Part shown: one piece after another, positions 13,446 through 26,425 of the stretch
Position numbering within the stretch: position 1 is the stretch's first letter
How the letters are laid out: every line of letters starts with the position of its first letter
From: Camelus ferus
Lineage: Eukaryota
Length of the DNA stretch: 64,000 nt
NCBI RefSeq assembly: GCF_009834535.1
Contig: NC_045697.1
Coordinates: 56,670,001 to 56,734,000 of the forward strand
Direction: 5' to 3'
The notes under the pieces: generated by a model
Seen by the model: only the letters and a program-made list of their open reading frames with translations
What the model was told of the DNA's origin: nothing
Database searches by the model: none
Translations under genes and position numbers: made by a program

Positions 13446-13639
13446 CTAGGTATTTTTAATCAAGCAAGTAATATTCAAGTAAATGCTCCATAAAAGAAAT
13501 TCAAATATATTACAAAAAGCATTTAAATCCTCACGTGATAAAAGAAAAAACACATTTGGAAAACCAGTTCTTTCTGTTAAAAGTTTATTTTTTGTCTCAA
13601 ATATATTTCTGTACTTTAATACATATACTATATAAGTAA

Positions 13640-15164
13640 ATGTATGACCCATTAAAGAGATATCTTTGATTGTGTTGTAAGAAAATTCATCAAATTTCCT
13701 TTTGTGATTTCATTCTTTGTGTTTTCTTTAAGAAATCCTGTCCTATTCCAACATGAAAAGTTATTCTTCATTTTGCCCCCAGTTTACAAATCTTCATAGT
13801 TAGGTCTTTAACATGTCTGGAATTTATATTTTAATATGAAGTGAGTTAGGGTTTCAACTATATTTTTATGTATACTATGCCAGTTTTTATAAAATGATTT
13901 TAAAAATTCATAATTTCCAATTGATCTTTTAACATTTCTTTCAAATAACAATTATTGCATATATATAAATCTCTTTCTGTTCTATTGATTTAGCCTATTC
14001 CACTTTTACTGTAGCACACCATTTAATTATCATGAATTTGCAATGTTTTCTTAATATCTCTACAGGAGCATTCCTTAAAATGTGAGTATCATTTCATAAA
14101 ATTTCCTAGTTATTTGAGAATCTTTATTTTTCTATAGACATTTTGTAATCAGTTGCACAATTTCTAAAATAAAATCTGGCTTGGGTTTTGATTTGAATTT
14201 CAGAAGTGATATAGATTAATTTGAGGAATATTGGCATCATTAAAATATGTAGTTGTTTCTTTCACAAACATGGCATCCCTATTTATTTGGGATTTATAAT
14301 ACATATATAAACATGTATAAAAACTATCTGTAGTAAGGTAAATAATTGCCTCCAAGATGTTCACATTCTAACTTCTGGAATCTGTGAATGATGCCTTATA
14401 TGGATGGGAAAATTACCCTGGATTATCTGGGTAGGCCCTAAAAGAAACTGGAGATGTTCTAAAGAGAGAATAGCAGAGGAGTATTTCACAGAAGAGAAGG
14501 TGGTGTGACTCGAGTCAGAAATTTGGAATGATGCTCCACAAGTCAAGGAATGCCAGCAGCCACCTGAAGCTGGAATAGTCAAGGAATGTATTCTCCCTAA
14601 AACCTGGGGAGGGAGCACAGTCTTACTGACGGCTTAATTTCCATTCAGTGAAACTGATTTTGGACTTCTGACCTCTCCAAATGTAAGAGAATAAATGTGT
14701 GTTCCTGTAAGTCACCAACTTTTTAGTAATTTGTTACAATAGCCAATGTTGTATGGATTTTGAGTAGGTTCATATCTAGGTTCTTTATATATATATATAT
14801 TTGTAGTGGCAGATGATATAGATTTTCTATTATATTTTTAATTGGCTTTTTTATAGTGATCAAAGAGGTTCTTGATTCATATATCTTGATCTAGTATCTA
14901 TCAAAATTATTAATGATCTTATTGATCTTTTAAGACTATGTAAATGACCAATTTTATGGGGTCAATGATCATTTCCTTATCTCATTGATTTCTTTTTCAT
15001 TTATTTGCATTGATCAGAATTTTTATGTTTAATAATAGTCGTGATTGTGATCTTCCTTGCCTTCTCAATATCAAAGAGAATACTTGTAATGTATCTCTGT
15101 TGAATATGCTATTTGGCCTGGATTTATTTTATATGGAATTTTTTAGGTTAAGGAACTTGCCTCC
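13640..15164 (-). mobile_element. Ancient L1 (L1ME-like) ORF2 remnants, interrupted by MLT1
   Basis: T-rich antisense L1 pattern ('tttctgttctattgatt', 'tatagattaatttgaggaatattggcatc', 'tttttaggttaaggaacttgcctc'). Confidence 0.65.
14329..14745 (+). mobile_element. MaLR solo LTR (MLT1C/D-like)
   Basis: Starts TG; contains 'ttaccctggattatctgggtaggcccta', 'caagtcaaggaatgccagcagccacctgaagctggaa' and 'ttggacttctgacctctccaaatgtaagagaataaatgtgtg'. Confidence 0.88.
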
Positions 15165-15480
15165 TGTGGTGGTTTGTATTCTGACAACTTCATTAGACTG
15201 GGGAACTATGTTCCCCAGAATGCATTTTTTTCTATATAGCTGAAGGAGGAATTGGCTCAGAAGTTGGAAGTCGTAAGGGAAGGAGTAGCTATTACTCTGT
15301 GAAGGTCAGAGAAATACAGAAGTGCTGACAGTTTCTAGGCTGCCCTTACTTTCTCTGCTTCACATTCAGCTCTCCTTCCTGATTGCTGACCATGTCAGCC
15401 AACTGTTCTCCAAGGCTTACTACCTGATTCTTGGTGGTGAGTCTACATGTCAGCTTCCCATAGGCCAAGTAGTGTACCTT
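15165..15480 (+). mobile_element. ERV-L-class LTR (MLT2-like), 5' LTR
   Basis: Starts 'tgtggtggtttgtattctgacaacttcattagactggggaactatgttccccagaat' and lies directly upstream of ERV-L gag remnants. Confidence 0.6.
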
Positions 15481-16680
15481 CTGTTCCCTTACATGGGTAC
15501 ACTTGGTAGAGATTCTGGTTTCATTGTGTTAGCTCAACTGGCTGGAAAAAGTTCTAATTGGTTGATTGTTTGCTGACTGAAACCAGGACATGAAGATAAC
15601 CTACATTAAATTATACTGACATGACAGAAATTCTTGGTATCCCGTAGAGGAAGATATACAAAGGCAAAGAGAGTTTGAAAGCTGGAGTGGATTTATTATG
15701 TAAGATTTGCTTATCCTGTTGTCAATTATATTATGTAGGAAGTTTAATTGAACACTCTGTTAACAAAAGCTTGAGAAATATATTGGAAATGAAAGAATGG
15801 CATCCTTTAACAGCCCTATAATGACTGTTCTCAGCAGATCAGGAATATCAGTGAGAAATGCTGCTACTGAAGTGGGCAAGGGCCAGGTGGTGGCAGTTAG
15901 TCACTAGAGACAAGGTGCATGTGACTACCATAAGGAGTTCACAAAGATCATTGCATTTGGTAATCGATCATGATGTCCCTAGATTGCAGTAGGTGGGTAA
16001 CCTACTAAAATTTCATTATTTGTACAAGTAGAAAAGCTCAGGACAGTTGAACAGAAGTCTGATTTGAATTACAATAAACAGTCACAATAAACAATCCTCA
16101 GAATTGAGCCAATTCATAGTCCCATTGCCTCCTAAGTTAAGGAGAGGACATGTCCTTTTAAGGATAGATCTTGATACACTGGCAAATTGTAAACCTTCCT
16201 TCTAGGTTTTCCTAAAATGACTTGTGGTCACTTACCAGGATAACTCTGAATTGAGGCAGTAAAAAACAACTTAAGAAGGATTGCTGGACACAGGCTCTGA
16301 TGTGACTTTAGTTCTTGGTGACCTAAAATGCCATTGTGATCCACCAGTCAGACTAGATGCTTATGGAATCAGAAGAATTAATGGATTTTTAACTCAGGTC
16401 CATCTTACAGTGGTCTGGAATATTCCTCAGTATACCCAACTAGTGTGATAAAAGTTGCTTGATCATTCAAAAATCTTGAAACAGTCAAGCATGTAAATGG
16501 CACAGAACCTTCAGGAATGATGATATTGTTTATTACACAAGGCAAGGCAATTGCTGAGAGACAAAGAAATGTGGAATAGATATTAGGAGAAATTATAAAT
16601 ATAACTTCACCTGTGACCAAGTGAACAGCTGGAGAAATGAGAACTTGGGGATATAGCAGCATTTCTTTCCTCCTTTGATG
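15480..16680 (+). mobile_element. Decayed, internally deleted ERV-L internal region (gag, protease, then pol 3' end)
   Basis: MGTLGRDSGFIVLAQLAGKSSN resembles ERV-L Gag. From 16278 it reads GLLDTGSDVTLVLGDLKCHCDPPVRLDAYG, a retropepsin DTG motif. 16500-16670 resembles the ERV-L 3' internal end. Many stops and frameshifts. Confidence 0.85.
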
Positions 16681-16686
16681 TTAACT

Positions 16687-17165
16687 GTATTAGCTATTGA
16701 TTGCTGTCTAACAAATTATCCCAAAACATAGTACCTTAAAACAGTCATAAACATTTATTATCTTACACTTTCTGTGTGCCATAAATTTGGGAGTAGCATA
16801 GTTGGGTTGTTCTGGCGTGGGGTATTATGTTGCAGTCAAGATATTAGCTGAGGCTTCAGTCATATGATGGCTTAACTGGAACTGAAGGGTCAGTCTCCAT
16901 GATGGCTCATTCAGTTTGCTGTCAAGTTAGTGCTGGCTGTTAGATGAAGCCTCAGTTCCTCACCACTGAACCTTTCTGTGGGCTGCTTGTGTGTCTGTAA
17001 GACATGACTCTAGCTTTCACCAGGATGAGTAATCCAAGAGAACAAGTTATAAGCTTCAATATCTTTAATGATTTAACCTCAGAAGTCATGCACAATTTCT
17101 TCAGTTTCCTGTAGGTCACCTCTATTCAGTTTGGTAGGGAGCTACACAAAGGCATCACTAAGATA
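16687..17165 (-). mobile_element. MaLR LTR (older MLT1 subfamily)
   Basis: 'tgtattagctattgattgctgtctaacaaattatcccaaaacatagtaccttaaaacag...tgttgcagtcaagatattagctgaggct'. Confidence 0.85.
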
Positions 17166-19149
17166 ATCTCACATATTTCTTATTATGTTTGTTTTTATGT
17201 AGTTTATCAGTTTGTTGCAACTGTGAGTAGGACAATTTTATAAAAATTTTAATAAATTTTTATTGTTGTAAAAGAAAAGTTCTTTTTCAATATTCTATCT
17301 CATATACATTCATATTTTGGAACTCTCATTATTTCTAATAGTACATTGATGCCATTTCTTTTATTTCCTTTTGACTAATATGTCTAAAAATAAGCCAATT
17401 TATTATCTTCAATGTCCATTGACAAAGACTTCTAAATTTAGTTGTATGCAAGTAACCTGTGGAGATAGAACTAGAAATAAACTATGTGAATAAACTGCCA
17501 CAAAAAATTGTCAAACATAAAAGACATAATTAGACAATAATTTACGATTAGTTTCTTCATCTTTTTTTTTCTTTTTTTCAGATCTTATTTTAAATGGGGA
17601 AGTAGTCAAGTATTTGATTTAGGATCCATGTTTTTAGTGTTTTATCTTTGGAAAGCTGATGTACTGGCCAATAAACCATTATTAATAAACTATTTGTTAC
17701 ATACTTTTCCAAATTAGGAATGTAAATAATTTATAGGGTAATCAAATAGTCAGTTGTCTATTACTTTGGTTTCTTCAGTACAAAGTTCTTATGTCAACCC
17801 ATTTGGGAAAATAATAAATTCAAAAATTGTAACTTATAAACTACAAAATTTATATAAATAGCCCCCCCTAGAGAACTGAGCATTAAGAATAGATATTTGT
17901 ATGTTTCCAAACTTTTGGGTGTAGGCTGAAAAAAAGTCAGTTGAATTAGACCAACATAAGAGGATGACAAATTAATTATTAGATTCCAGTCAATGTTGGT
18001 CCAGCTTCTTGAATGGATTTTTTCATTCAAACCAAGTGACTTTCACTGTTAAGACAGCTTTTCATTGGGTTAGCCAGATTTGCCTCCCTTTTTCTTTCAT
18101 GACATTCAATTGGCATATTTTAGATAGACATATGGTGCACAGCTGTACAGTTCATTTTCAGAACCTGGCATACCTCATCTTTTTGTTTCTTTTGACTCAC
18201 TCTTAGAACTCTTAATGTGAATGCTCAGTTTCTTCCTTAAAAATGATAAAAGGAGAATAGTGTTTTCTCAAATATTAAATTTGTAGCTAATAAATAAGTA
18301 TACAATAAAATTTCCCCCAGAGTTTTCATACCAAACATATTGAACTTTCTCAATGCAAGGAAACCTGAGAAATTGCTTGTACATGAAGATGAAAAGTAAG
18401 GCACCAAGAACTTGGATAGTCAGGGAGGTTTGGAAAGAAAACAACCAGTATAGCTGAGAGAAGTAGGATTCCAAGTTGTGGATGAATGACTAGCTTGAGA
18501 AATCGATGTAATCTTTCCTCATGCCAAACATGGCCTGTTTCCACGGTGTTAATGTATGTGAAACATTAAGTCATTTCTACTTAGTGGCTTTCTCTAGGGC
18601 AGCATTAGTTCTAGTCTGCTAATTGGAATAGGCCACAGATCTGAGCTCTCAAATATTTTAGAAAAAATAAATTATTCCAGAAAAAAATAATTAAATTTAG
18701 ATTTGTAAACCATAGAAAAGTAGTGTATTTTCAGAATCCTGGTGCTCAAAGAATCTTTAAGATTTCTTTTAATACCTGTTGTCAAAAGAAAGTAATAATT
18801 TGTTTGCAGTAGGAGGGGTGTCCCTCGCACTAGGGAGGGGTGTCCTTCGCACTAGCAGGATCTTGCTGGGTAACTTGCAGAGTGTGAGATAGATTTCTTG
18901 ATATTGCTTTGCTTACTTGAGTAATTAGACACTGTATTTTCGTGCCTCAAAGTAGGGATGCTTCAGAATATGCAGAAATGCAGAACACACTAAATATTGG
19001 CCTTTGTATTTCAAATGCTTGAAACTCAGGAGAAAACACACATTTAAATTTTTGAATATCTATAATTACCATATTCAAGGCTTTAAATATATTTCCCTAA
19101 AGGATATAGAGAATATGCAATCAGTGGCTAAATAGTGCTTCATTCAAAG

Positions 19150-19790
19150 ACGAGTAAAAATTCCCTGGACTTGTGGAAGGAGAGGGCAGAAGGAAAGCAA
19201 TAATTGCTTCAACTGTGTTTCCTGCTTTAGAATACCAGAGAGATTTCAAGATTTGAGAACAGAGAAAGATTTGTGCAATAGATTTCTATAGTTCCCCTAC
19301 AAGAAGTAGAAAGGGAAAGCAGAAGAAATATCTACAGGGGTATAAAGGGAGAGGTCACATTTACCATCACAACCCATGTATAGCCCAACAGTGGGAAACC
19401 ACTTTAGATATATCCTCTAAGCAGACCAAAGGGGAGTGGTCAGTGTTTATGTTTGTGCCTAGGTGAGGCTTAGTAATCCTCAAATAGAGCCAAACCTACT
19501 AAAGAGGAGAAAGAGAATTGCAGTTATGATCCCATACATTGACAGACAAAATACAGACAGGTGAGTGGGCAGGACCAGATAGGATGGTATTCTGCTCAGA
19601 GGATACCAGCATAGACAGATGACCAGATGGCCCCCAAATACAAGAGTACTACATAAACATCTTGGAATTCACTCCAACTTTAGAGAAAAGAAGAAGAGAT
19701 TTGAATTTGTTGAGATTTTCAAAGGGCAGGATTGGATCTCAAAGTTGAACCTATGTTCAGTCACAGAGAAGATAAAATTGTAATTTTTAA
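19150..19790. mobile_element. Probable ancient LTR-like repeat, family unassigned
   Basis: Purine-rich block with higher GC than its flanks. General resemblance only. Confidence 0.3.
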
Positions 19791-20104
19791 ATTTGTGGAT
19801 GGAATATATGCCTTTTCTGGTATAGTTTTGGTGTTTGGTTGAGTGCTTTCTCTACCAATGTATTAATTTGTTCCCGTATTACTTGAGATAATAGATCACT
19901 GAGTCAAATTCTAGGCAACCGTGCTTTTAGATTATTGAACGATTTGGTTATCAAAAGATAGAAAATGGTCAAAATATTTTCAAATGCTGTTAACTAATTT
20001 TTTAGTTACTTTTTTTTTACCCTCTGTACAGATCTAGAAGGATAAGAGGGTGAGGGGCATTTGTTAAAAACTCAGAGTCTTAATACAAAATCCTACATAT
20101 ATTT

Positions 20105-20600
20105 ATCTTTTCATTCATTAACTTATTTAGCAAAATTTACAGATTGCTGTTGTTTTAGGCAATGAAGTAAGAGTAATGGATAAGGAAGACCTTGTCCTTG
20201 CCATCTCAGAACTTGTACTTTAAGAAGCAAAACCAGAAATCATATTTGTTAATAATTAAATCAAACAATTATAGAGTCTGTTTAGTTATATGAAGACCTG
20301 AGAGAAAGGGATATGAGAACATATGAAATGGATAATTACCTCTTGCCAAATAGGTAAACATTGAGCTGAGACTGAAGGATGAGAAGAAACCTGACGGGAG
20401 AAGGTCTGGTGGAGCTCAAAGCTTATACAATTCTGGGAACTCTATTTTTAAACAAGAATACTAAATTATAATAAAATTAAGTTCAGGTGGCCAGTGCAAG
20501 GTCTGAAACATATGTTTCATTAATTTCAAGCAATTGAAAATATTGTAGACACGGGTCATATCATGCAGAGTTTTTTGGCTATGTGCCCTAGTGTAGATTT
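20105..20600 (-). mobile_element. L2 3' region, interrupted by a small DNA transposon
   Basis: 'ttcattcattaacttattt...gaccttgtccttgccatctcagaacttgtac...ttgagctgagactgaaggatgagaaga'. Confidence 0.7.
20400..20530 (-). mobile_element. Short hAT-Tip100 element (Arthur1-like deletion derivative)
   Basis: Its two halves are reverse-complement matches to the two ends of the element at 32653-33793. Confidence 0.65.
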
Positions 20601-21289
20601 CTTTTTTCTTTTTTGTAACCCTATACTGTAAAGTCCCTTGAGATCCCTGAAGGGCCAGGTGAAATCAGAAAGTTCTACAATGAAGTTCAGAAAAACTAAT
20701 TTTTGTTCTGATTCTGCCTCTAATTGTATAACCTTAGGCAAGGTATTCACCTCTTCGTTTTTGTATTTTTTCTCATGCTAAGTTGAAAACAATTATTTCA
20801 ACCTTAAACATATGATAATTCTATTTTTTCATGGTAGAAATCAGAAAAAAAACTGACATGTATTTCTCAGAAAGCAAACCTCCTATCACAAAGAACAGTA
20901 AACAACATCAAAAATACAGAAGAGAAACTTGTCACACTCCATGATCTTCATCTGTATATTTGTTGCCTTTGGAATGTTTAATCTTTATTCTTTTCTGCAT
21001 TTATTTTTTCAATAAATGGTAACAATAAATTATGTCAATTTTTACCATACTATAGACAAGAGGTTTATAATTAACTCTTTCAGTTTTACAATTCAGAAAA
21101 TTCAGTTACCGTTCAACCTTTCATTGAGAAGATGGACAGTTTCTAAGTTCTGTACAAGTTTCTAAGACACGAGGAATGGACCAGTTAAGAGTCTAGTGAC
21201 AAAAAGGTGCACAAACATTATCATAACACTGACCACCAGTGATGTTTATTTCTGCTATTTTGAGTCACTTTAATTTTTATTTTATTTTT

Positions 21290-21695
21290 TTCTGATCAAA
21301 AAAGGAATGCCTGTGCCTGATTTTAAAATTCAAATATAATGTACAACTTAGAGAGTAAAAGTTTCCCTAATCTCTCCACAGAGATTATCACTGTTGAAAG
21401 TTTGCTATATGTGCTTTCAAATATATATACTTTTGTGTGTGTGGGTTCAAAAATTGTGTTATACTGTTCTATAGCTTGACTTTTTCTGCTTAAAATTATA
21501 CCTGGGTAACGTATACAATGTTATATGTCTATTATATTTTCACAAGGCTGGGACAAATTATATATGGGATAATGAGAAAACAATATGGTAAAATGGTAAC
21601 ATTTGGAGAAGTTTATGAAAGATACATGGGAATTCTTTTACTAATTTTTATACTTCTCTGTTGCATTTGAAACTATTTAAAAATAAAAAAAATAT
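21290..21695. mobile_element. Cluster of old L1 3' UTR fragments
   Basis: 'acaatgttatatgtctattatattttcac' and 'tacatgggaattcttttactaatttttatacttctctg...aaaataaaaaa'. Confidence 0.6.
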
Positions 21696-21799
21696 ATATA
21701 TGGGATCTCTTTCCTCAAATGTAGATTTCTATGAAAAATTCAGTGGGAAATCACTAAAAAGATCAATTGTGTAGCTGGCTAGCAAACAGGATAAAATGT

Positions 21800-22150
21800 A
21801 TGTAAGAATTTACACTTAGTCTGAGGCCATGGAATACATACATTTGAAAGGGGTTAGTATTTACCCAGTACATTTTAAAGATCAATCACTTTGCTAAGAT
21901 TATAGCAACTGATTTGTGAAGACTGTAACTTTCTTCTCTTGTTACGTGGGGCAATCAGTTCATCAGTATCCTCAGTAAGAGATGGTGCCATGTGTGGTCA
22001 ACTGGAAAGGTAAACCAATGTGATTTTGACATTGATCAACATGTATTTTATGAGATCCCAAAGCATAGGGAAGCAGCTGTTTCCTGCTGATACATCATTG
22101 ACTTATTGTAGGTCCACAACAATTATTTGATGTGCTCTTAGAGATCACAA
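21800..22150 (+). mobile_element. L3/CR1 LINE fragment
   Basis: 'gccatgtgtggtcaactggaaaggtaaaccaatgtgattttgacattgatcaac...agggaagcagctgtttcctgctg' resembles the CR1 ORF2 C-terminal region. Confidence 0.5.
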
Positions 22151-22429
22151 TGTAGGAATTCTTCCAGTGAATATTTCTTCTTATTTACTACTGTGTCAGA
22201 TACTAGTATTAAGGAAGAATACAAGTAAACAGACAATACAATAAATAAAGAGCAAAAATAATATTATGATTAAGCACTTAGGAGAGGGATCCAAGCAGAG
22301 TGGGAGATCAGGCAAGACTGACCTGGAGAATACAGGTAGTAATTTTAGTAATTTTTTAGTCTGGAGAACAGGTAGTAATTAGGGAAGCAAAAAATAAAAC
22401 AGGATTCATCATCAGCACTGCATGGCCAC

Positions 22430-22830
22430 TTACAGTGGCAGCACTCACCTACTCTATCTCTGGAAATTTCAAATTGAGGCAAGACTTCCATTATGCTGAG
22501 GCTAAAAAAACAATTTCCATTTAATTTTCATCCATGATTGCATTTCTGCTTTGCAGCTGTCCTAAGTGTGTCTACTTCCTCTCACATGACAGGACTTCAG
22601 GTTTTCTCTTTCAAAGTCTTATTGCCCTAGTTCCTTTAACTATTTTTCAATAATGTGGTTTCAGAACATTCACCATCCTAATCACCATCAGCTGGGAACA
22701 CTAACTTTCTACAGTATTCTTAAAATATGTATAGAATTGAACGTGTCATTCAAGCTGTATTTAAAACATCAAGGAGAATTATGGCAGAACTATTTTCTTT
22801 TTAGAGTATTGAAAAGAACCATTCTAGTAG
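22430..22830 (-). mobile_element. L3/CR1 LINE fragment
   Basis: 'ccctagttcctttaactatttttcaataatgtggtttcagaacattcaccatcc' resembles antisense L3; compare the sense copy at 53410-53500. Confidence 0.55.
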
Positions 22831-23959
22831 CTTTAAAGTGTTAGTTTTCACATAATCCATAATTTGCAAAATCAGACACATTTGTGTTTTATCAAAGGTT
22901 TCCATAGTTAAGCAGTAAGGGAAACAAACTTAGGAGGTAGATTTATTACTCAATAGATTTTATGGTTCCTCTGCAACCATTAGTGTATATTGTGTGAATG
23001 TGTGTTTTAGCAAACTACATGGCAACAGTGAAAAGGACATAGACATTATCAAGGTCTTTGAAATTTCTTAAAAACCTAATTATGTGTACCTAACAAATTG
23101 GGACTGCAGTGCAGCAAAAAAAATGATCTGGACACACGTATGTCCTTTAAATAAGACCATCATGTCTTAATGTAGTTGGCCTTCAAAACATATTTTATGT
23201 TTAAAACAAGGACTCTTAGAAGGTGGAGAGAAGAGGTATAACAGAATTAACTTTGAGCAGAAAAAAAGGATAAAATTGAATCATTTGTGAGACTTTCAGG
23301 CACCTCACTTAACCTAAATCCTGAGATTTTGGCCATGATTGACATTTGAAAATTTGAGGGGGAATAGCATATGTAATATTTAAAAGACTTTTTTTCTGTC
23401 AAGTTACTGATTGTTTTTTAATGAAAAGAGTGAGAAAGAAACAAACTTCAATTAAACACATCAGTTTTGTGCCTTTCCCAACAAATTATTTGGCAAAGGA
23501 GTTTTTGTTCTGTTTTGGGGTTTTATTTTGCTTTGATTTACATGTGTACTATGCATAGAAGAGGCTGGAGTGATTATGAAATACAGGGGGAAGTGTGAAA
23601 GGCTCCTGAATTAGTATAAAATTAGAATTCTTTCACATACCTGTCAAGAATGGCTGTCCAAATATTTTTCATGCATACTGAGACTTTTTTGTCTACTGAA
23701 CAGCCCAAAGGGGTGTCCTTGAAGACGCACATTTGAAGGGTGATGTGAGGAAATTTGTGGTGAGGTAAAGTAGGACTTACTTTACAAACAAACAACTCTA
23801 TTTATTTTCACCTGACCTTGCTTTGGTTAGAGACCAGGTCGGTTAGAAGGGCTTTGTAGGTAAGGACATGCATATGCATAGTCTTGTAGCAGACCTCTGC
23901 CAATGAGGAAGAAAGGAAAAGGAATCTTACTTGTTTCCACCCCCACCCCCCACATAAAA

Positions 23960-23995
23960 CAACAACAACAACAACAGCAGCAGCAGCAGCAACAA
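23960..23995. repeat. (CAA)5(CAG)5(CAA)2 compound trinucleotide repeat
   Basis: Directly visible. Confidence 0.95.
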
Positions 23996-26119
23996 ATAAC
24001 TTGAGTTGCTAATTAATGTAAGTAGTGTGTTTTATATTTGGTGATTTATATTACTGTTTCAATTTTGTTTATAAATGAATAGGAATGGGCTATAATTAAC
24101 TCATTAAAAGACCATATTTGGAACCTGATAAAATAAATGAATAATATCAGCATATTTTGTCTTTTGCAAATGGATACTTAAAATAATTTTTCTCAAAAAA
24201 TTTTACAATACCCACAGGCATATCACAACTAGATAAATTCCTATTAAATTGTTCTTAAAAAATCCTCATTTATATACATTTAGCATCATTGAGGAGCTTA
24301 ATTCCAGGCTAGAAAGGAAAGTATGTACTTTCTCCAGAGGAACACCCACTTTGGATAGGCAAATTCTCTAGGACTGAAGCACACTGAGATATTCAACTTT
24401 ACTCTTGTAATAGTGATTCCTTTTAAACTTTAAAAATTTTTTTCAAAGATTATTTTCCCTTTCCTTTTGTCTGCTCCATATAGCTTCTGGAGGAAAATGT
24501 AATTTTTTGTTTTGAAAAAATGAACACTTTTCTTAGTATGTCTTAAAAATACTCAGCATTTTAAGGAAACATTGTGAGAGACTTTAAAATGGGCAAATGA
24601 GATTCCTGGGTACTGTTTAGCAAACTGTCTAAGATTATCTGATTCTGTAAGTGTGTGTTTGTTTGATTATATTCTACTGGGATATTTTGTAACTCTGTAA
24701 GCTGCTGATAGTAATGCAAAAGGTTCTTATCTATAAAAATATAAAAGGACCTTGTCTGGGAGAGGTGTAATTTGTTTTAGCCTAGTAATAAGGTTATTTC
24801 AAATATTATATTTTATTGCCTTATAGACTGTGAATCAATTTTTCATCCATTAGCAAATTCCTATCAACATTACTAATTGCCTCTATACATGTATATTAAA
24901 AAGATTCTCCTTTGAAACTGCTTAAACTTCTTACTGTTTTCCCTACTAATTAATGAACTAGAGAAGCTCCTTATCATGATTTTATTTTTTGGAAAATTTT
25001 ACTTTTTCTATATGCAAATAAAAATGTTCAAGAATGTAAAATCTCTATTGTACCCTAATAGGGGTATACATTTTCTACTAAAATTATTGCTAAGTAATGT
25101 GTGAGTAAAATTCAGGTTTCTGGCTCTGAAGGTAAATGTGCATTTTCTATACTATGATGAATACATTACCACTCATCCTTATAAATAGTGTGGGAAATAC
25201 TGGAGTCGTAATCACTATCAATTATATTTCAGAAATAAAGCAATAAAGGTGACTGTATAAACAGAATATCTTGCATTGCTGGTGTGATTTAATTTTTTTA
25301 TACAAAGGATGAATTGTTTACATGATGATTGGAATTATCTTTGCCATAAAATTGTTGACTAAAGAGCTGAAAAAATACTTGAAAGAAATTATGAACAAGA
25401 GGGAAATGTCATGGGAATTCAAAGTGAACTTGTAAATGGAGTAATTGTAAATGTTCCTTTTCTGAGTAACAATTCTTTAAATGCTATGAACTATCTTCCA
25501 TACCATTTGGGTAAGTATTCTGGGAGCGACAAATCTGTCTAGGCACTTGTCTAGGTATTTTTGAAATTACCACACATTTCTATCTTTATCTGCTAAGGAT
25601 AAAACTCTACCACATGGAAGGACAATTTTTTTTTCAAAATAATATAGCTCCTTAGGTCAGTCTTTTACATGGAATTTTTCATACTTTAAAACTAAAATTT
25701 TCCTCCATTGAAGTTAAGGTGTTCTGTTTTATAGTCCTGTATCTCATCCTTCCACAAGCCTTTCCTTGAAGACCCTTTCAGGGCCACAGGGTTGGGCCCT
25801 TTTCACAGAGGTTTCTTTCCATTGTCCTACCACATTGGGGTGATGTAAGTCAGAGAGATGTTTTTCTTCCCTCATTAAATTACCATGAAGGCCTGGAGAC
25901 GTTTCTGTGTAACTTAAAATTCCTTCTCTGAATTTTTTTTTTATTATATTAGGTAGATACCCACTGCAGCCCTAAAGATTATTGAATCGGGTAAAAAAAT
26001 CTCTATTTCTTTTATTTTTATGACACATTTTAACAAATAAAATGTCATCCCTGTGACATATTCTGAAAAGTGAAGGAAAGTAACCAAAGTGAATCTTTCA
26101 TTTATAAATTTTCTTAAGG

Positions 26120-26425
26120 AAGTACCACGCACCGTGTGGTCTACAGACCCAGCATATCAGCGTCCCCAGGGAGCATGTTAGATGTGCAGATTCTTATGCC
26201 AATCTTATACCTACTGAGTCAGCATGTATGGAGCTTGGCCGAGGAATCTGGATTTAGCATTATCACATTAAAGTTTGAGAAGCACTGCTTTAAAGCATCT
26301 GAGGATCTTGTTAAAATGCAAATTGTAATTTAGAAGATCTGAGGCTAAGCCAGAGTTTCTGCATTTCCAAGTAGCTCCTGGGAGATTGGTCTGTGGACCA
26401 CACATTGAATAGCAAGGTCCTCTAA
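26120..26425. mobile_element. MER5A/MER5B-type hAT-Charlie composite
   Basis: 'gtgtggtctacagacccagcatatcagc...acctactgagtcag...aagtttgagaagcactgc', then 'cttgttaaaatgcaaatt...ggtctgtggaccacacattgaatagcaagg'. Confidence 0.8.

Noticed and set aside
23704..23764. Possible + strand exon (cag|cccaaagggg...gtgag|gtaaag)
   Set aside because: Length is not a multiple of three, two frames have stops, and the peptide is unrecognised.
26135..26403. Inverted repeat gtgtggtctacagacc / ggtctgtggaccacac
   Set aside because: Explained by oppositely oriented MER5-family pieces.
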